Shown piece by piece: positions 43,570 through 53,813 of a DNA stretch of 64,000 nucleotides; position 1 is the stretch's first letter; each line of letters begins with the position of its first letter. Under the pieces are notes generated by a model. That model saw only the letters and a list, made by a program, of their open reading frames with translations. It was not told where the DNA came from and ran no database searches. Source of the stretch: Phenylobacterium sp. (lineage in GTDB: Bacteria; Pseudomonadota; Alphaproteobacteria; Caulobacterales; Caulobacteraceae). The translations under genes were made by a program, and so were the position numbers. The stretch is taken from the NCBI RefSeq assembly GCF_046291545.1, contig NZ_JBKBSM010000001.1:102900-166899 (forward strand), given 5' to 3'.

Positions 43570-44517
43570 ATGGACGCGGCCGGCCTTCAGCAGATCCTGA
43601 CCCTGGCCGCAGGGGTGTTGCTGGCGTTCGCCGGCGGCGGCGCCCTGCTGGTGGCGTCCAGCGAGGTGCGCATGCGCGCCCAGCGCCGCGCGCGCCTGAC
43701 CGCCCAGGTCGAGGCCGCCCGCGCCGCCACCTTCCGGTCCGACGACACCTTGGGCGGCAAGGTCACTGCGGGATTCCTGCGCATGGGCCAGCGGGCGGCG
43801 GTGAAAGATCCGGCCAAGCTGTCGGCGGTGCGCAGCAAGCTGATGCGGGCCGGCTTCTTCAGCCGGGAGTCGGCCGCCGTCTACCTCGGCGCCCGGGCGG
43901 CGGCGCTGATCGTGGCGACCATCGGCACGGTGCTGCTGCTGCCGCTGGTGATGAAGGGCGGCGGGCTCGGCCCCCTGCTGCTCGCCGGAGGGCTGTCGGC
44001 TGCGGCGGTGCTGGGACCCGACCAGGTGCTGAAGATGCGCCGCCAGGCCCGGGAGCTGGAGTACACCGAGGGCTTCCCCGACCTTCTGGACCTGCTGGTC
44101 GCCTCGGTGGAGGCCGGCCTGAGCCTGGACGCGGCGGTGAGCCGGGTGACCGATGAGCTGGTGCGCCGCTACCCGAACCTGGCCGTCCATCTGCGGTTCC
44201 TGACCCTGGAGCTGCGCGCCGGCAAGTCGCGCAAGGAAGCCTGGCTCGGCTTCGCCGACCGCCTCGGCATCGACGACGCGCGGGCCCTGGCCACCATGCT
44301 GCGCCAGGCCGAGGACATGGGCACCAGCCTGGGGGAGACCCTGTCGGTGTTCTCCAGCGACATGCGCGCCAAGCGCATGCTGCGGGCGGAGGAAAAGGCC
44401 TTGGCGCTTCCGGCCAAGCTGACCGTGCCCTTGATCCTGTTCATCTTTCCCTGCCTGCTCGGCGTGCTGTTGCTGCCGGCCATCTTCCGCCTGGTCGGGG
44501 CGCTGGGCGGCCAATAG
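43570..44517 (+). CDS. tadC: TadC-type T2SS F-family membrane protein
   Basis: FPDLLDLL...EAGLSL, AEEKA..LPAKLTVPL. Confidence 0.9.
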   Translation: MDAAGLQQILTLAAGVLLAFAGGGALLVASSEVRMRAQRRARLTAQVEAARAATFRSDDTLGGKVTAGFLRMGQRAAVKDPAKLSAVRSKLMRAGFFSRESAAVYLGARAAALIVATIGTVLLLPLVMKGGGLGPLLLAGGLSAAAVLGPDQVLKMRRQARELEYTEGFPDLLDLLVASVEAGLSLDAAVSRVTDELVRRYPNLAVHLRFLTLELRAGKSRKEAWLGFADRLGIDDARALATMLRQAEDMGTSLGETLSVFSSDMRAKRMLRAEEKALALPAKLTVPLILFIFPCLLGVLLLPAIFRLVGALGGQ

Positions 44518-44797
44518 CCGCCCGAGGCCTTCCCGAGGCCGATTCTTGAACAGCTGAGCCTGTGACTGCCCTTCGATGAGGCGGAATTGGCGCGGGCCGG
44601 GTGCGGCCGGGCGCCGGGCTTGAGACGACGCGGCCGGGCGGGTTCAACCGCTTGCACGGGCGACGCGGGGGCTGGGCCAAAATCCTCATCCGCCGCGCCG
44701 CGCGCCACCTTACCGCCCCTGCGACGGGACCTTGCATTTTGTGTGAAAACAACGGCTCGCTGGTGTCTACCCGGGCCCCATTCCTGGATTTCCAATC

Positions 44798-46396
44798 ATG
44801 AACAGCGACAGCTTCGCCAGCGCCTTCGGCGGCATGTCCCGCCGGATGTTCCTGGAGCGTTTGGGCGGCGTGGGCGGCTCGGCCCTGCTGCTGGCGGGCA
44901 TGAGCGCACTGGGCTTCGGCATCGCCTCGGCCAGCGAGCGGCCCCCCACCCTCGGCGGGGGCGGCGGCAAGAAGGTGGTGGTTCTGGGCGCGGGCCTGGC
45001 CGGGCTGACCTCGGCCTACGAGCTCTCCAGGGCCGGCTATGAGGTGACCGTGCTGGAGGCGCGCGGCTTCGCCGGCGGCCGCTGCCAGACCGCGCGCAAA
45101 GGCTTCAAGCTGCAGGAACTGGGCGGCGAAGAGCAGGTCTGCGACTTCGACGACGGGCTCTACCTGAACCACGGGCCCTGGCGGATCCCCTATCACCACC
45201 GCTCGACCCTGCACTACACGCGGGAGTTCAACGTGCCGCTGGAGGTCGTGGTCAATGACAACGACGCGGCCTACGTCTACTTTGAAAAGGGCTCCGGCCC
45301 CCTGGCCGGCAAGCCGGTGCGCAAGGGGCAGGTGGCCGCCGACATCCGCGGCTACTCGGCCGAGATCCTCGCCAAGCAGGTCAAGCAGGGCGCCCTGGAC
45401 CAGCAGATGACCGCCGAGGACCGCGAGCAGTTCATCGCCTACCTGCGCCGCGAGGGCTATCTGACTGAGGATCTGGCCTACAAGGGCACCGACGGGCGGG
45501 GCTTCGCGGTGAACCCGGGTGCAGGGACCGACCCCGGTCCGGGCAAGGAATCCACGCCCTTCGCCATGACCGACGTGCTGCATTCCAACGCCTGGCGCAC
45601 CCTGTCCTCGGTCGCCGGGTACGAACAGCAGCGCACGATGTTCCAGCCTATCGGCGGCATGGACCAGATCCCCAAGGCCTTCGAGAAGCGCGTCGGCCAG
45701 ATGATCAAGTACTCCAGCCTGGTGAAGCAGATCCGCCAGGACGGCTCGGGCGTCTCGGTCACCTACACGGACGGGACGGGCAAGACCTCGACCCTGCAGG
45801 CCGACTACTGCATCTGCACCATCCCGCTATCGGTGCTGCGCCAGATGGACGTCGGCGTCTCGCAGAAGTTCAAGGACGCCATCGGCGCGGTCTCCTACTC
45901 GCTGGTCGGCAAGATCGGGCTGCAGATGAAGACCCGCTTCTGGGAGGAGAACCACCACATCTACGGCGGCCACATCTATACCGACGACCCGAACGTGGGG
46001 ACGATCTCCCTGCCTTCGACCGGCTGGCAAGGCCGAAAAGGGGTGATCCTCGGCTACTACAACTTCGGCTCCAACGCGGCCAAGGTCAGCGCCCTGGACG
46101 TGTCCGGCCGCGCCGCCCTGGCCCTGGCCACCGGCCAGAAGGTGTTCCCCGAGTACAAGGACAGCTTCGAGACGGCTTTCGCCGCCTCCTGGCACCGGAT
46201 CGAGCACAACCTCGGCGGCTGGGCCCAATGGGACGAGCAGGCCCGGGCCGAGGCCTACCCGGTGCTGTGCGAGCCGGACGGCCGGATCTACCTGGCCGGC
46301 GAGCACCTCAGCTACCTGACCGGTTGGCAGGCCGGCGCCATCGAGTCCGCCTGGCAGCAGATCGCCAAGCTGGACCAGCGCGTCCACGCCGCCTGA
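44798..46396 (+). CDS. Tat-exported flavin amine oxidase / L-amino acid oxidase family
   Basis: SRRMFL leader, GAGLAGL, EAR..AGGR, GPWRIP, AGEHLS..GWQAGAI. Confidence 0.9.
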   Translation: MNSDSFASAFGGMSRRMFLERLGGVGGSALLLAGMSALGFGIASASERPPTLGGGGGKKVVVLGAGLAGLTSAYELSRAGYEVTVLEARGFAGGRCQTARKGFKLQELGGEEQVCDFDDGLYLNHGPWRIPYHHRSTLHYTREFNVPLEVVVNDNDAAYVYFEKGSGPLAGKPVRKGQVAADIRGYSAEILAKQVKQGALDQQMTAEDREQFIAYLRREGYLTEDLAYKGTDGRGFAVNPGAGTDPGPGKESTPFAMTDVLHSNAWRTLSSVAGYEQQRTMFQPIGGMDQIPKAFEKRVGQMIKYSSLVKQIRQDGSGVSVTYTDGTGKTSTLQADYCICTIPLSVLRQMDVGVSQKFKDAIGAVSYSLVGKIGLQMKTRFWEENHHIYGGHIYTDDPNVGTISLPSTGWQGRKGVILGYYNFGSNAAKVSALDVSGRAALALATGQKVFPEYKDSFETAFAASWHRIEHNLGGWAQWDEQARAEAYPVLCEPDGRIYLAGEHLSYLTGWQAGAIESAWQQIAKLDQRVHAA

Positions 46397-46421
46397 GCGC
46401 TTAGACAATCCGGAGCTGCAG

Positions 46422-46814
46422 ATGATCCGTATGAGAACCCTGGCCCTGGCCTTCGCCGGCCTGGCGCTCGGCGCCTCGGGAGCCGCCGCCGCGGACGGGC
46501 GCCAACTCTTCCTCGACAACTGCTCGGCCTGCCACCAGGTGACCGGCAAGGGCATTCCCGGCGCCTTTCCGGCCCTGGCCGGCAGCAAGGTGGCCCTCGG
46601 CCCGGCGCCGGCCGCGGCGAGCATCGTATTGAACGGCAAGGGCGGGATGCCGGCCTTCCGCGACGATCTGTCGGACGCAGACATCGCCGCGGTGCTCAGC
46701 TACGTCCGCACGGCCTGGGGCAACAAGGCCCCGCCGCTGACCGCGGCGCTGGTCAATCCCGTGCGCCGCACCGGCAAGCGCGAGAATCCGAAGGCGGCGC
46801 TCACCGCCCACTGA
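46422..46814 (+). CDS. Monoheme class I cytochrome c
   Basis: Signal peptide, CSACH, GMPAF, YVRTAWGN. Confidence 0.9.
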   Translation: MIRMRTLALAFAGLALGASGAAAADGRQLFLDNCSACHQVTGKGIPGAFPALAGSKVALGPAPAAASIVLNGKGGMPAFRDDLSDADIAAVLSYVRTAWGNKAPPLTAALVNPVRRTGKRENPKAALTAH

Positions 46815-46868
46815 TCCGTCGGCCCGCAAGCCCAGGTCCACTTTCGCCTTTCTTCACTTCCATCGGGC

Positions 46869-49250
46869 ATGATGGTGGTTCAGGAGGGGGGCATGGACGG
46901 CGATTGGCGCGGTGAGTCGCTGACTGGCGCGGACGCCAGGATCGCGGCCCGGCTGGCCCGGGCGGCCGAGACCACGCGCCATGGGGTCATCCTGTGCGAT
47001 CCGGACGGCCGGGTGGAGTGGGTCAACGAGGGCTTCACCGCCATCACCGGCTTCACCCTGGACGACGCCGCCGGCCGCCGTCCGGGCGAGCTCCTGCAGT
47101 GCGAGGCGACGGACCCGGCGACGCGGAACCTGATGGCGGCGCGCATCGCCGCACAGGAAGGCTTCCGGGTCGAGATCCTGAACCAGGGCAAGGACGGCCG
47201 CCGCTTCTGGATCGACCTGGAGGTGCGGCCCACCTACGCCGCGGACGGCGCCCTGGAGGGTTTCCAGGGCACGCTGGTGGAGAACATCCATTCGGCGCAG
47301 ATCGAGCAGAGCAACGTGGCGACGCCGGTCGCCGTCCGCTCGGCCGCACGGCTGGCCCGGGTGGGCGGCTGGGACATCGACCTGAAGACCCGCACGGTTC
47401 GCTGGGGCGGCGAGCTGTGGAAGCTGCTGGGCCGGCCGAGCCAGGTGGAGAGCGCCGCGGACAGCCTGACCCTCTACGCCGAGGAGGAACGCGACCGGGT
47501 CGAGGCGCACATCAGCGAGAGCATCCGGACCGGCCGGATGGTCGACCTCGAGGCCCGGGCGGTGGCCGGCGACGGCAAGCCGCTGTGGCTTCGGATCATC
47601 GGCGAGCCGGAGTTCGTCGATGGGGTCTGCGTGGCGGTGCGCGGCGCCTCGCAGGACATCACCGCCCAGCGGAACGCCACCGAGGAGTTGCGCGAACAGC
47701 AGCGCTTCGCCCAGGGCGTGGTCGACGGGGTGCCGGCCCTGCTCACCGTCATCGACCAGGACGGACACATCGTCGCCGCCAACCGGGCGTTCAAGGCGCT
47801 GGGCGCGGCCCTGCGCGGCGAGGACGTCTACCCCATGGGCGGCAATCTCTTCGAGATCGTCGCGCGTCTGCCCGGTGCGCACGGGCGCGCGATCGAGCGC
47901 GGCCTGCGCAAGGTGCTGGACGGGCGAAAGGACGCCTATTCGCGCGCCTACCACGCCCGCAGCGGCGAGTGGTTCCGCATGAGCGCGGCGCGTTTCGCCG
48001 GCGAGGGGCCGGTGCGCTGCGTGGTGATCACCCAGTCGATCGAGGACCTGAAGCGCTCGGAACGGCGGCTGCGCCAGCTGAACGCCAATCTCAAGAAAGC
48101 CCGCGATGAGGCCGACGCGGCCAACGCCGCCAAGTCGGCGTTCCTGGCCACCATGAGCCACGAGATCCGCACGCCGCTGAACGGCGTGCTGGGCATGGCC
48201 CAGGCGATGGCCCGCGACGCCCTGCCCGCGCGCCAGCGCGAGCGGCTGTCGGTCATCCGCCAGGCCGGGGAGACCCTGCTGGCCCTGCTCAACGATCTTC
48301 TGGACCTGTCGCGGATCGAGGCGGGCCGGCTGGAGCTGGAGGACGGGGTCATCGACGTGCGCCGCCTGCTGGAGAGCGTGCGCGGCACCTTCGAGAGCCT
48401 GGCCCTGGAGAAGAACCTCGCCTTCACCGTGGCTGTCGAGCCGCAGGCCGAGGGCGCCTGGCGAGGCGACGCCACCCGCGTACGCCAGATTCTCTACAAC
48501 CTGGCCTCCAACGCGGTGAAGTTCACGGCGGCGGGCTCGGTGCAGGTGAAAGCCTACGTGGACGGGGGCCGTCTGGCGCTCGAGGTGCGGGACACCGGTC
48601 CTGGCATTGCGGCGGACCGGCTCGACGCCCTGTTCGAGAAGTTCGTCCAGGCCGACGCCTCCACCACCCGAAGGTTCGGCGGCTCCGGCCTGGGCCTGGC
48701 GATCTGCCGCGAACTGGCGACCCTGATGGGCGGCGAGATCACGGCGCGCAGCGTCGAGGGTCAGGGCTCGGTGTTCACCGTCCGCCTGCCGCTGGCGCGG
48801 GCGCCGCACGCCACGGCGCCGGCCGATCCGGCCGCCCGGCCGCTGCTGGAGGCCCGCCGCGAACGGCTGCGCATCCTGGCGGTGGACGACAACCCCATGA
48901 ACCAGTTGGTGCTTCGCACCCTGCTCGAGCAACTGGACATCGAGGTGCGGGTGGTCGCGGACGGCCTGCAGGCGCTGCAGGCCTGGGAGCAGGAGACCTG
49001 GAGCGCGATCCTTATGGACGTGCAGATGCCGGTCATGGACGGTCCGACCGCGACTCGGGCGATCCGCGAACGGGAACAAGACTCCGGACGGCGCCGCACG
49101 CCGATCATCGCCCTGACGGCCAACGCCATGGCCCACCACGAGGCCGAGTACCTGGCCGCCGGCATGGACGCCCTGTCGCCCAAGCCGATCGAGCTGGAAC
49201 GCCTCCTGGACACGCTTGAGGCGCTGCTGGACGCGCCCCGCGACGCCTGA
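46869..49250 (+). CDS. Cytoplasmic multi-PAS hybrid histidine kinase
   Basis: About three PAS/PAC repeats, MSHEIRTPLNG, HATPase, REC LMDVQMPVMDG. Confidence 0.93.
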   Translation: MMVVQEGGMDGDWRGESLTGADARIAARLARAAETTRHGVILCDPDGRVEWVNEGFTAITGFTLDDAAGRRPGELLQCEATDPATRNLMAARIAAQEGFRVEILNQGKDGRRFWIDLEVRPTYAADGALEGFQGTLVENIHSAQIEQSNVATPVAVRSAARLARVGGWDIDLKTRTVRWGGELWKLLGRPSQVESAADSLTLYAEEERDRVEAHISESIRTGRMVDLEARAVAGDGKPLWLRIIGEPEFVDGVCVAVRGASQDITAQRNATEELREQQRFAQGVVDGVPALLTVIDQDGHIVAANRAFKALGAALRGEDVYPMGGNLFEIVARLPGAHGRAIERGLRKVLDGRKDAYSRAYHARSGEWFRMSAARFAGEGPVRCVVITQSIEDLKRSERRLRQLNANLKKARDEADAANAAKSAFLATMSHEIRTPLNGVLGMAQAMARDALPARQRERLSVIRQAGETLLALLNDLLDLSRIEAGRLELEDGVIDVRRLLESVRGTFESLALEKNLAFTVAVEPQAEGAWRGDATRVRQILYNLASNAVKFTAAGSVQVKAYVDGGRLALEVRDTGPGIAADRLDALFEKFVQADASTTRRFGGSGLGLAICRELATLMGGEITARSVEGQGSVFTVRLPLARAPHATAPADPAARPLLEARRERLRILAVDDNPMNQLVLRTLLEQLDIEVRVVADGLQALQAWEQETWSAILMDVQMPVMDGPTATRAIREREQDSGRRRTPIIALTANAMAHHEAEYLAAGMDALSPKPIELERLLDTLEALLDAPRDA

Positions 49251-49268
49251 GGCGCAGGCGGGATCGAT

Positions 49269-49577
49269 CTAGCGCTTGTAGAGGCGCGCCCTCAGCCGCT
49301 CGGTGCGCGGCGGGTCGGCGCGGAAATCCTCGGCCTTGCCCAGGCGGGCGTTGCAGCCCGGACAGCGCACGTCGCCCTCCAGCGGCATGTCGGCCAGGGC
49401 GATGGCGGCGCCGCAGGGCTTGCACTTCCACACCTCGCCCGTCAGCGCAGGCGCCGCCGGCTTGGCGGGCCGGGCGGGGGCGGCCTTGACCGGCGCCGCA
49501 GGAACCGCCGGGATCGGCGGCGGGCGGTCCGGATTGAGCTTGAGATGCAGGATGGGCCGACGGGGGCGCTCGGTCAT
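49269..49577 (-). CDS. Hypothetical protein with zinc-ribbon motif
   Basis: CKPC...CPGC; Pro/Ala-rich linker. Confidence 0.65.
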   Translation of the reverse strand: MTERPRRPILHLKLNPDRPPPIPAVPAAPVKAAPARPAKPAAPALTGEVWKCKPCGAAIALADMPLEGDVRCPGCNARLGKAEDFRADPPRTERLRARLYKR

Positions 49578-49746
49578 GGGTTCGGATGGATTGGCAGCGA
49601 TGCGGCGCTTGCACCACTAATCTGTGACAGGCTCAACCCCATGGGCAGGATTCCGTGGCTGGACAAGCGGTTTGTGGGCGTCGTACCGCCGCAGGGGCGC
49701 AAGGTGCGGCGCCGGCGACACGGCCAAGCTTGGCCTGACGCCGCGC

Positions 49747-50760
49747 TCAGGCGCGCTCGGCGCGCCGGGCGGCCTGGCCGAACGCCGGCGCGGCCTGCTC
49801 CGCCGCCGCCACGCCGCGGGCCTTGAGATAGGCGAAGGTGCGGACCGTCTGGGCGTAGAGGTGCTCGCCCGAGACGATCGGCGGATAGCGGGCGGGCCGC
49901 CCGGGGCCGACGAACCGCGGGTGGGGCGCCACGACGGTGTGATAGTCGCAGGTCGCGAAGAACGGGAAGCTGTAGCGCTCCTCGGCGACCTTCCGCACCC
50001 GGTGCGAGGTGGCCACGAACTCGCCGTTGGACCACGCCTCCAGCATGTCGCCGATGTTGATGACGAAGGCGCCGGGCACGGGCGGGGCGTCGATCCAGCG
50101 ACCCTGGCCGTTCATCACCTCCAGCCCCGGCGCGGTGCCCCGCAGGATGGTGAAGAACTCATAGTCGGTGTGGGCGCCGATCCCTTCCTGGTCAGGCGAG
50201 GGGACGGCGTCGAAAGGATAGTGGATCAGGCGAAGCTGACTGGGCGGACGCGTCAGGTGCGGCTCGAAGTGGTCTTCCGGCAGGTCCAGGGCCAGGGCGA
50301 AGCCGGCGAACAGCCGACGGGCGAGGGCCGCGACCGCGGCGTAGTAGGCCGAGACCGCCTGCTTGAACCCGGCCAGGTCGGGCCACAGGTTGGCCCCCAG
50401 CATCGGCGCCGAAGCATCCCCCTGCGGGCAGTCGAGGCTGATGTCGTAGGCTTCCTTTCGGTCGATCTTGCCGGAGGCGAACACCTCCTCGCCCTCCGGC
50501 ACATAGCCGGTGTGGTTCGCCGAGCGGCCGATGTACCAGTCCATCTTGCGCTCGAGCGGCTCGGCGAAGAGCGTCCTGGCCGCGACCAGCAGATCCTGGA
50601 AGAGCGTCTCGGAGAGCCCGTGGCCGGTGACGTAGATGAAGCCGACCTCCCGCGCCGCCGCCCCCAGCCGCTCGGCGACGAGACGGCGCGCCTCGGGCGA
50701 GGGCGAGGCGAGGTCGGCGATGTCGACCACCGGAACGGACTGGAAATCGCGATCGGTCAC
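49747..50760 (-). CDS. IPNS-family 2-oxoglutarate/Fe(II) oxygenase
   Basis: VPVVDI, GFIYVTGHG, HTD (HxD), SHRV, RYS (RxS); GTG 50760 after GGAGG. Confidence 0.92.
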   Translation of the reverse strand: MTDRDFQSVPVVDIADLASPSPEARRLVAERLGAAAREVGFIYVTGHGLSETLFQDLLVAARTLFAEPLERKMDWYIGRSANHTGYVPEGEEVFASGKIDRKEAYDISLDCPQGDASAPMLGANLWPDLAGFKQAVSAYYAAVAALARRLFAGFALALDLPEDHFEPHLTRPPSQLRLIHYPFDAVPSPDQEGIGAHTDYEFFTILRGTAPGLEVMNGQGRWIDAPPVPGAFVINIGDMLEAWSNGEFVATSHRVRKVAEERYSFPFFATCDYHTVVAPHPRFVGPGRPARYPPIVSGEHLYAQTVRTFAYLKARGVAAAEQAAPAFGQAARRAERA

Positions 50761-50785
50761 GGCGCTGCTGCCTCCATGCCCGGAT

Positions 50786-50809
50786 ATTACGAAGGCGCGC
50801 GGACGTAAC
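50786..50809. promoter_or_regulatory. Inverted repeat TTACG-N12-CGTAA (site A)
   Basis: ATTACGAAGGCGCGCGGACGTAAC, about 26 bp upstream of the oxygenase start. Confidence 0.5.
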
Positions 50810-50940
50810 ACCCGGCGAGGGCCCGCCGCCGGCTCGCAGACGTCGCCTGTGACCGCCCCGCACGCAATCCGAGGCGCCGGCGCCTGCTTTCTCGGCGCCG
50901 TGGCCGGCGGTGGCGATCCTGCGCGGTCGCCTGTTGGATT

Positions 50941-50964
50941 ATTACGAATGCGCCGGTCTGTAAT
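50941..50964. promoter_or_regulatory. Inverted repeat ATTAC-N14-GTAAT (site B)
   Basis: ATTACGAATGCGCCGGTCTGTAAT, about 48 bp upstream of the SBP start; aligns with site A. Confidence 0.5.
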
Positions 50965-51011
50965 ACCGACGGGCGGACGCAGAGCAGCCCCGCCGAGAGC
51001 AAGGGGATCCG

Positions 51012-52112
51012 ATGATGGGATGGCTTAAGGGTGTGCGTATCGCCGCCGCCGCCGCCGTGTGCGGCCTGGCCCTGGCGAGCTGCGGGCAGAAGCCGGCCGA
51101 GAAGGCCGAGGCGAGCGCGCCGGCGGGCAAGGAGTACCAGATCGGCTGGACGATCTATGCGGGCTGGATGCCGTGGCCCTACGCCGAGCAGGCCGGGATC
51201 GTGAAGAAGTGGTCCGACAAGTACGGCGTGAAGATCAAGTTCGTGCAGGTGAACGACTACGTCGAGAGCCTGAACCAGTTCACCGCCGGAAAGCTGGACG
51301 GGGTGACCTCCACCAACATGGACGCCCTGACCATCCCCGCCGCCGCCGGCAAGGACTCCACCGTCGTCATGATCGGCGACTACTCCAACGGCAACGACGG
51401 CATCGTGCTGAAGGGCGGCGCGACCCTCGCCGCCATCAAGGGCCGCTCGGTGAACCTGGTGGAGAACTCGGTGTCCCACTACCTCCTGGCCCGCGGCCTG
51501 GAGACCGCCGGGCTGAAGCTGAGCGACGTGAAGGTGGTCAACACCTCCGACGCCGACATCGTCGCCGCCTTCGCCGCGCCGGAGACCACGGCGGTGGTGC
51601 CCTGGAACCCGCAGCTCTCCGAGATCAAGAAGCAGCCGGGCGCGGTCGAGGTGTTCGATTCCTCCAAGATCCCCGGCGAGATCCTCGACATGCTGATCGT
51701 CTCGACCGATGAGCTGAAGGCCAACCCCAACCTCGGCAAGGCGCTGGCCGGCATCTGGTACGAGACCATGGCCCTGATGCAGCAGCAGGACGCCGCCGGC
51801 GCCGCCGCCCGCGAGGCGATGGCCAAGCTCTCCGGCACCGACCTCGCCGGCTACGAGGCCCAACTGAAGACCACGCACCTCTACTACTCGCCCAAGGACG
51901 CCCTGGCCGCGACCGTCAGCCCCGACCTCGTCGCGGCCAACGACAAGGTGCGCCAGTTCAGCTTCCAGGCCGGGCTCTTCGGCCAGGGCGCCAAGTCGGT
52001 GGACGACATCGGCATCGAGTTTCCCGGCGGCAAGATCCTCGGCGATCCGCAGAACGTGAAGCTGCGCTTCGATCCGAGCTTTGTGACCCTGGCCGCGGAC
52101 GGCGCCCTCTAA
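51012..52112 (+). CDS. ABC substrate-binding protein, 'putative urea / urea-carboxylase-region' family (SsuA/NMT1-like)
   Basis: Lipobox LASC, WTIYAGWMPW, NDYVES.NQFTAG, DYSNGNDGI, SSKIPGEILD. Confidence 0.85.
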   Translation: MMGWLKGVRIAAAAAVCGLALASCGQKPAEKAEASAPAGKEYQIGWTIYAGWMPWPYAEQAGIVKKWSDKYGVKIKFVQVNDYVESLNQFTAGKLDGVTSTNMDALTIPAAAGKDSTVVMIGDYSNGNDGIVLKGGATLAAIKGRSVNLVENSVSHYLLARGLETAGLKLSDVKVVNTSDADIVAAFAAPETTAVVPWNPQLSEIKKQPGAVEVFDSSKIPGEILDMLIVSTDELKANPNLGKALAGIWYETMALMQQQDAAGAAAREAMAKLSGTDLAGYEAQLKTTHLYYSPKDALAATVSPDLVAANDKVRQFSFQAGLFGQGAKSVDDIGIEFPGGKILGDPQNVKLRFDPSFVTLAADGAL

Positions 52113-52141
52113 CGTCCGCGCTCCCTGAAGGCGACCACCCT

Positions 52142-52963
52142 ATGCGACGCTTGCTCAACGTCAGGCCCAGCCGGGGTGGTCGCCTCTTTCTCGGCCTCGC
52201 CCCGATCCTGGCCCTGGTGATGCTCTACCTCGTCGCCTCGGCGGCGCGGCACGCCGACAATCCCGCCGACCGCATCCTGCCGACCCCGGCGGCCATGGGC
52301 GAAGCGGTCAAGGTCATGGCCTTCCAGGCCGACCCGCGCACCGGCGAGATTCCCCTAATCGCAGACACCCGCGCCAGCCTGCGGCGGCTGGGAGCGGCCC
52401 TCACCCTCTCCACTGCCACCACGCTGATCCTCGGACTGGGCATTGGCCTGATGCCCCTGGCCCGCTCCGGGCTGGGGCCGCTGGTCTCCGCCATCGCGGT
52501 CGTCCCGCCGGTCGCCGTGCTGCCGATCCTGTTCATCGTGTTCGGCCTGGGCGAGACCGCCAAGATCGCCCTGATCTTCATAGGCCTGACGCCGGTGATG
52601 GTGCGCGATCTCGCCGGACACGTGGCCGCGATTCCCGAGGAGCAGATCGTCAAGGCCCAGACCCTGGGCGCCTCCACCTGGCAGGTGCTGCTGCGTGTCG
52701 CCCTGCCCCAGGCCATGCCCCGCCTGATCGAGAGCCTGCGCCTGTCGCTGTGCCCGGCCTGGGTGTACCTGATCTCCGCCGAGGCGATCGCCGCCGATGT
52801 CGGGCTGGGCTACCGGATCTTCCTGGTGCGGCGCTATCTGGCGATGGACGTGATCCTGCCCTACGTCGTCTGGATCTCGCTGCTGGCGGTGGCGATGGAC
52901 CTGGCGCTCAGCCTCCTCAGCCGCTCGGCCTACGCCTGGGCCCATCCGAGGCCGGCCAGATGA
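52142..52963 (+). CDS. ABC permease (TauC/SsuC-like)
   Basis: PPVAVLPILFI.FGLGE, KAQTLGAS, AEAIAA..GLGYRIFLVRRY. Confidence 0.9.
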   Translation: MRRLLNVRPSRGGRLFLGLAPILALVMLYLVASAARHADNPADRILPTPAAMGEAVKVMAFQADPRTGEIPLIADTRASLRRLGAALTLSTATTLILGLGIGLMPLARSGLGPLVSAIAVVPPVAVLPILFIVFGLGETAKIALIFIGLTPVMVRDLAGHVAAIPEEQIVKAQTLGASTWQVLLRVALPQAMPRLIESLRLSLCPAWVYLISAEAIAADVGLGYRIFLVRRYLAMDVILPYVVWISLLAVAMDLALSLLSRSAYAWAHPRPAR

Positions 52964-53739
52964 GCGGTCCGGTGCTGTCGTTCCGCGACGTGTGGGTCGA
53001 GTACGGCGAAAAGATCGTGCTCGAGAAGGTGAGCCTGGAGGTGGACGAAGGCGCCTTCGTCTCCATCGTCGGCCCGTCCGGCGCAGGCAAGAGCACCTTC
53101 CTGCGGCTGGTCCTCGGCCAGGAGGCGCCGAGCCGCGGACGCGTGCTGCTCGACGGCGAGCCCCTGCGCGCCGAGCCGGACGCCGACCGCGGCGTGGTGT
53201 TCCAGCGCTATTCGGTGTTTCCGCACATGAGCGCGCTGGACAACGTGGTGTTCGGCCTGGAATGCGCCCGCGCGCCGGTGCTGGCCCGGCTCTTCGGCGG
53301 CCGGCGGCGAGCCGCGCGCGAGGAGGCCGCCGCCATGCTCGCGCATGTGGGCCTCGGCGACAGCCTGGACATCTTCCCGCGCGAAATGAGCGGGGGCATG
53401 CAGCAGCGGCTGGCGATCGCCCAGGCGCTGATCAAGCGCCCGCGCATCCTGCTGCTCGACGAGCCCTTCGGCGCCCTGGACCCCGGCGTGCGGCTGGACA
53501 TGCACGCCCTGATCACGGGCCTGTGGCGCGAGCACGGCCTGACGATCCTGATGGTCACCCACGACATCAAGGAGGCGTTCGTGCTGGGCACCCGGGTGTT
53601 GGCCTTCGACAAGCGCCGGCGCGATCCCCAGGCGCCGCATCGCTACGGCGCGACCGTGGTCTACGACTTTCCCCTGGACGAGAAGAAGAAGCGCGCCGTC
53701 CCGGCTGAACTGGAGGCCATGCCGGCCCAGGTGAGCTGA
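52960..53739 (+). CDS. ABC ATPase (TauB/SsuB-like)
   Basis: [28 protein letters not shown]; ATGA overlap. Confidence 0.93.
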   Translation: MSGPVLSFRDVWVEYGEKIVLEKVSLEVDEGAFVSIVGPSGAGKSTFLRLVLGQEAPSRGRVLLDGEPLRAEPDADRGVVFQRYSVFPHMSALDNVVFGLECARAPVLARLFGGRRRAAREEAAAMLAHVGLGDSLDIFPREMSGGMQQRLAIAQALIKRPRILLLDEPFGALDPGVRLDMHALITGLWREHGLTILMVTHDIKEAFVLGTRVLAFDKRRRDPQAPHRYGATVVYDFPLDEKKKRAVPAELEAMPAQVS

Positions 53740-53813
53740 GCGCGGCACGCGCGTGGGTGACAGGGCCGCCCGCGTCGGTTATCGCACGGCGCCGATCAGC
53801 CGGAGCCGCCGAA

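Noticed and set aside
46960-47290. LOV photoreceptor domain in the PAS kinase
   Set aside because: The sequence reads GRRPGELLQ rather than GRNCRFLQ; the photoactive Cys is absent
50761-51011. Guanidine riboswitch (class I, II or III) upstream of the ABC operon
   Set aside because: No AGGGUUCC / AAAAGCCCGG elements, no paired ACGR-loop hairpins and no class III core found by eye; an Rfam scan would settle it
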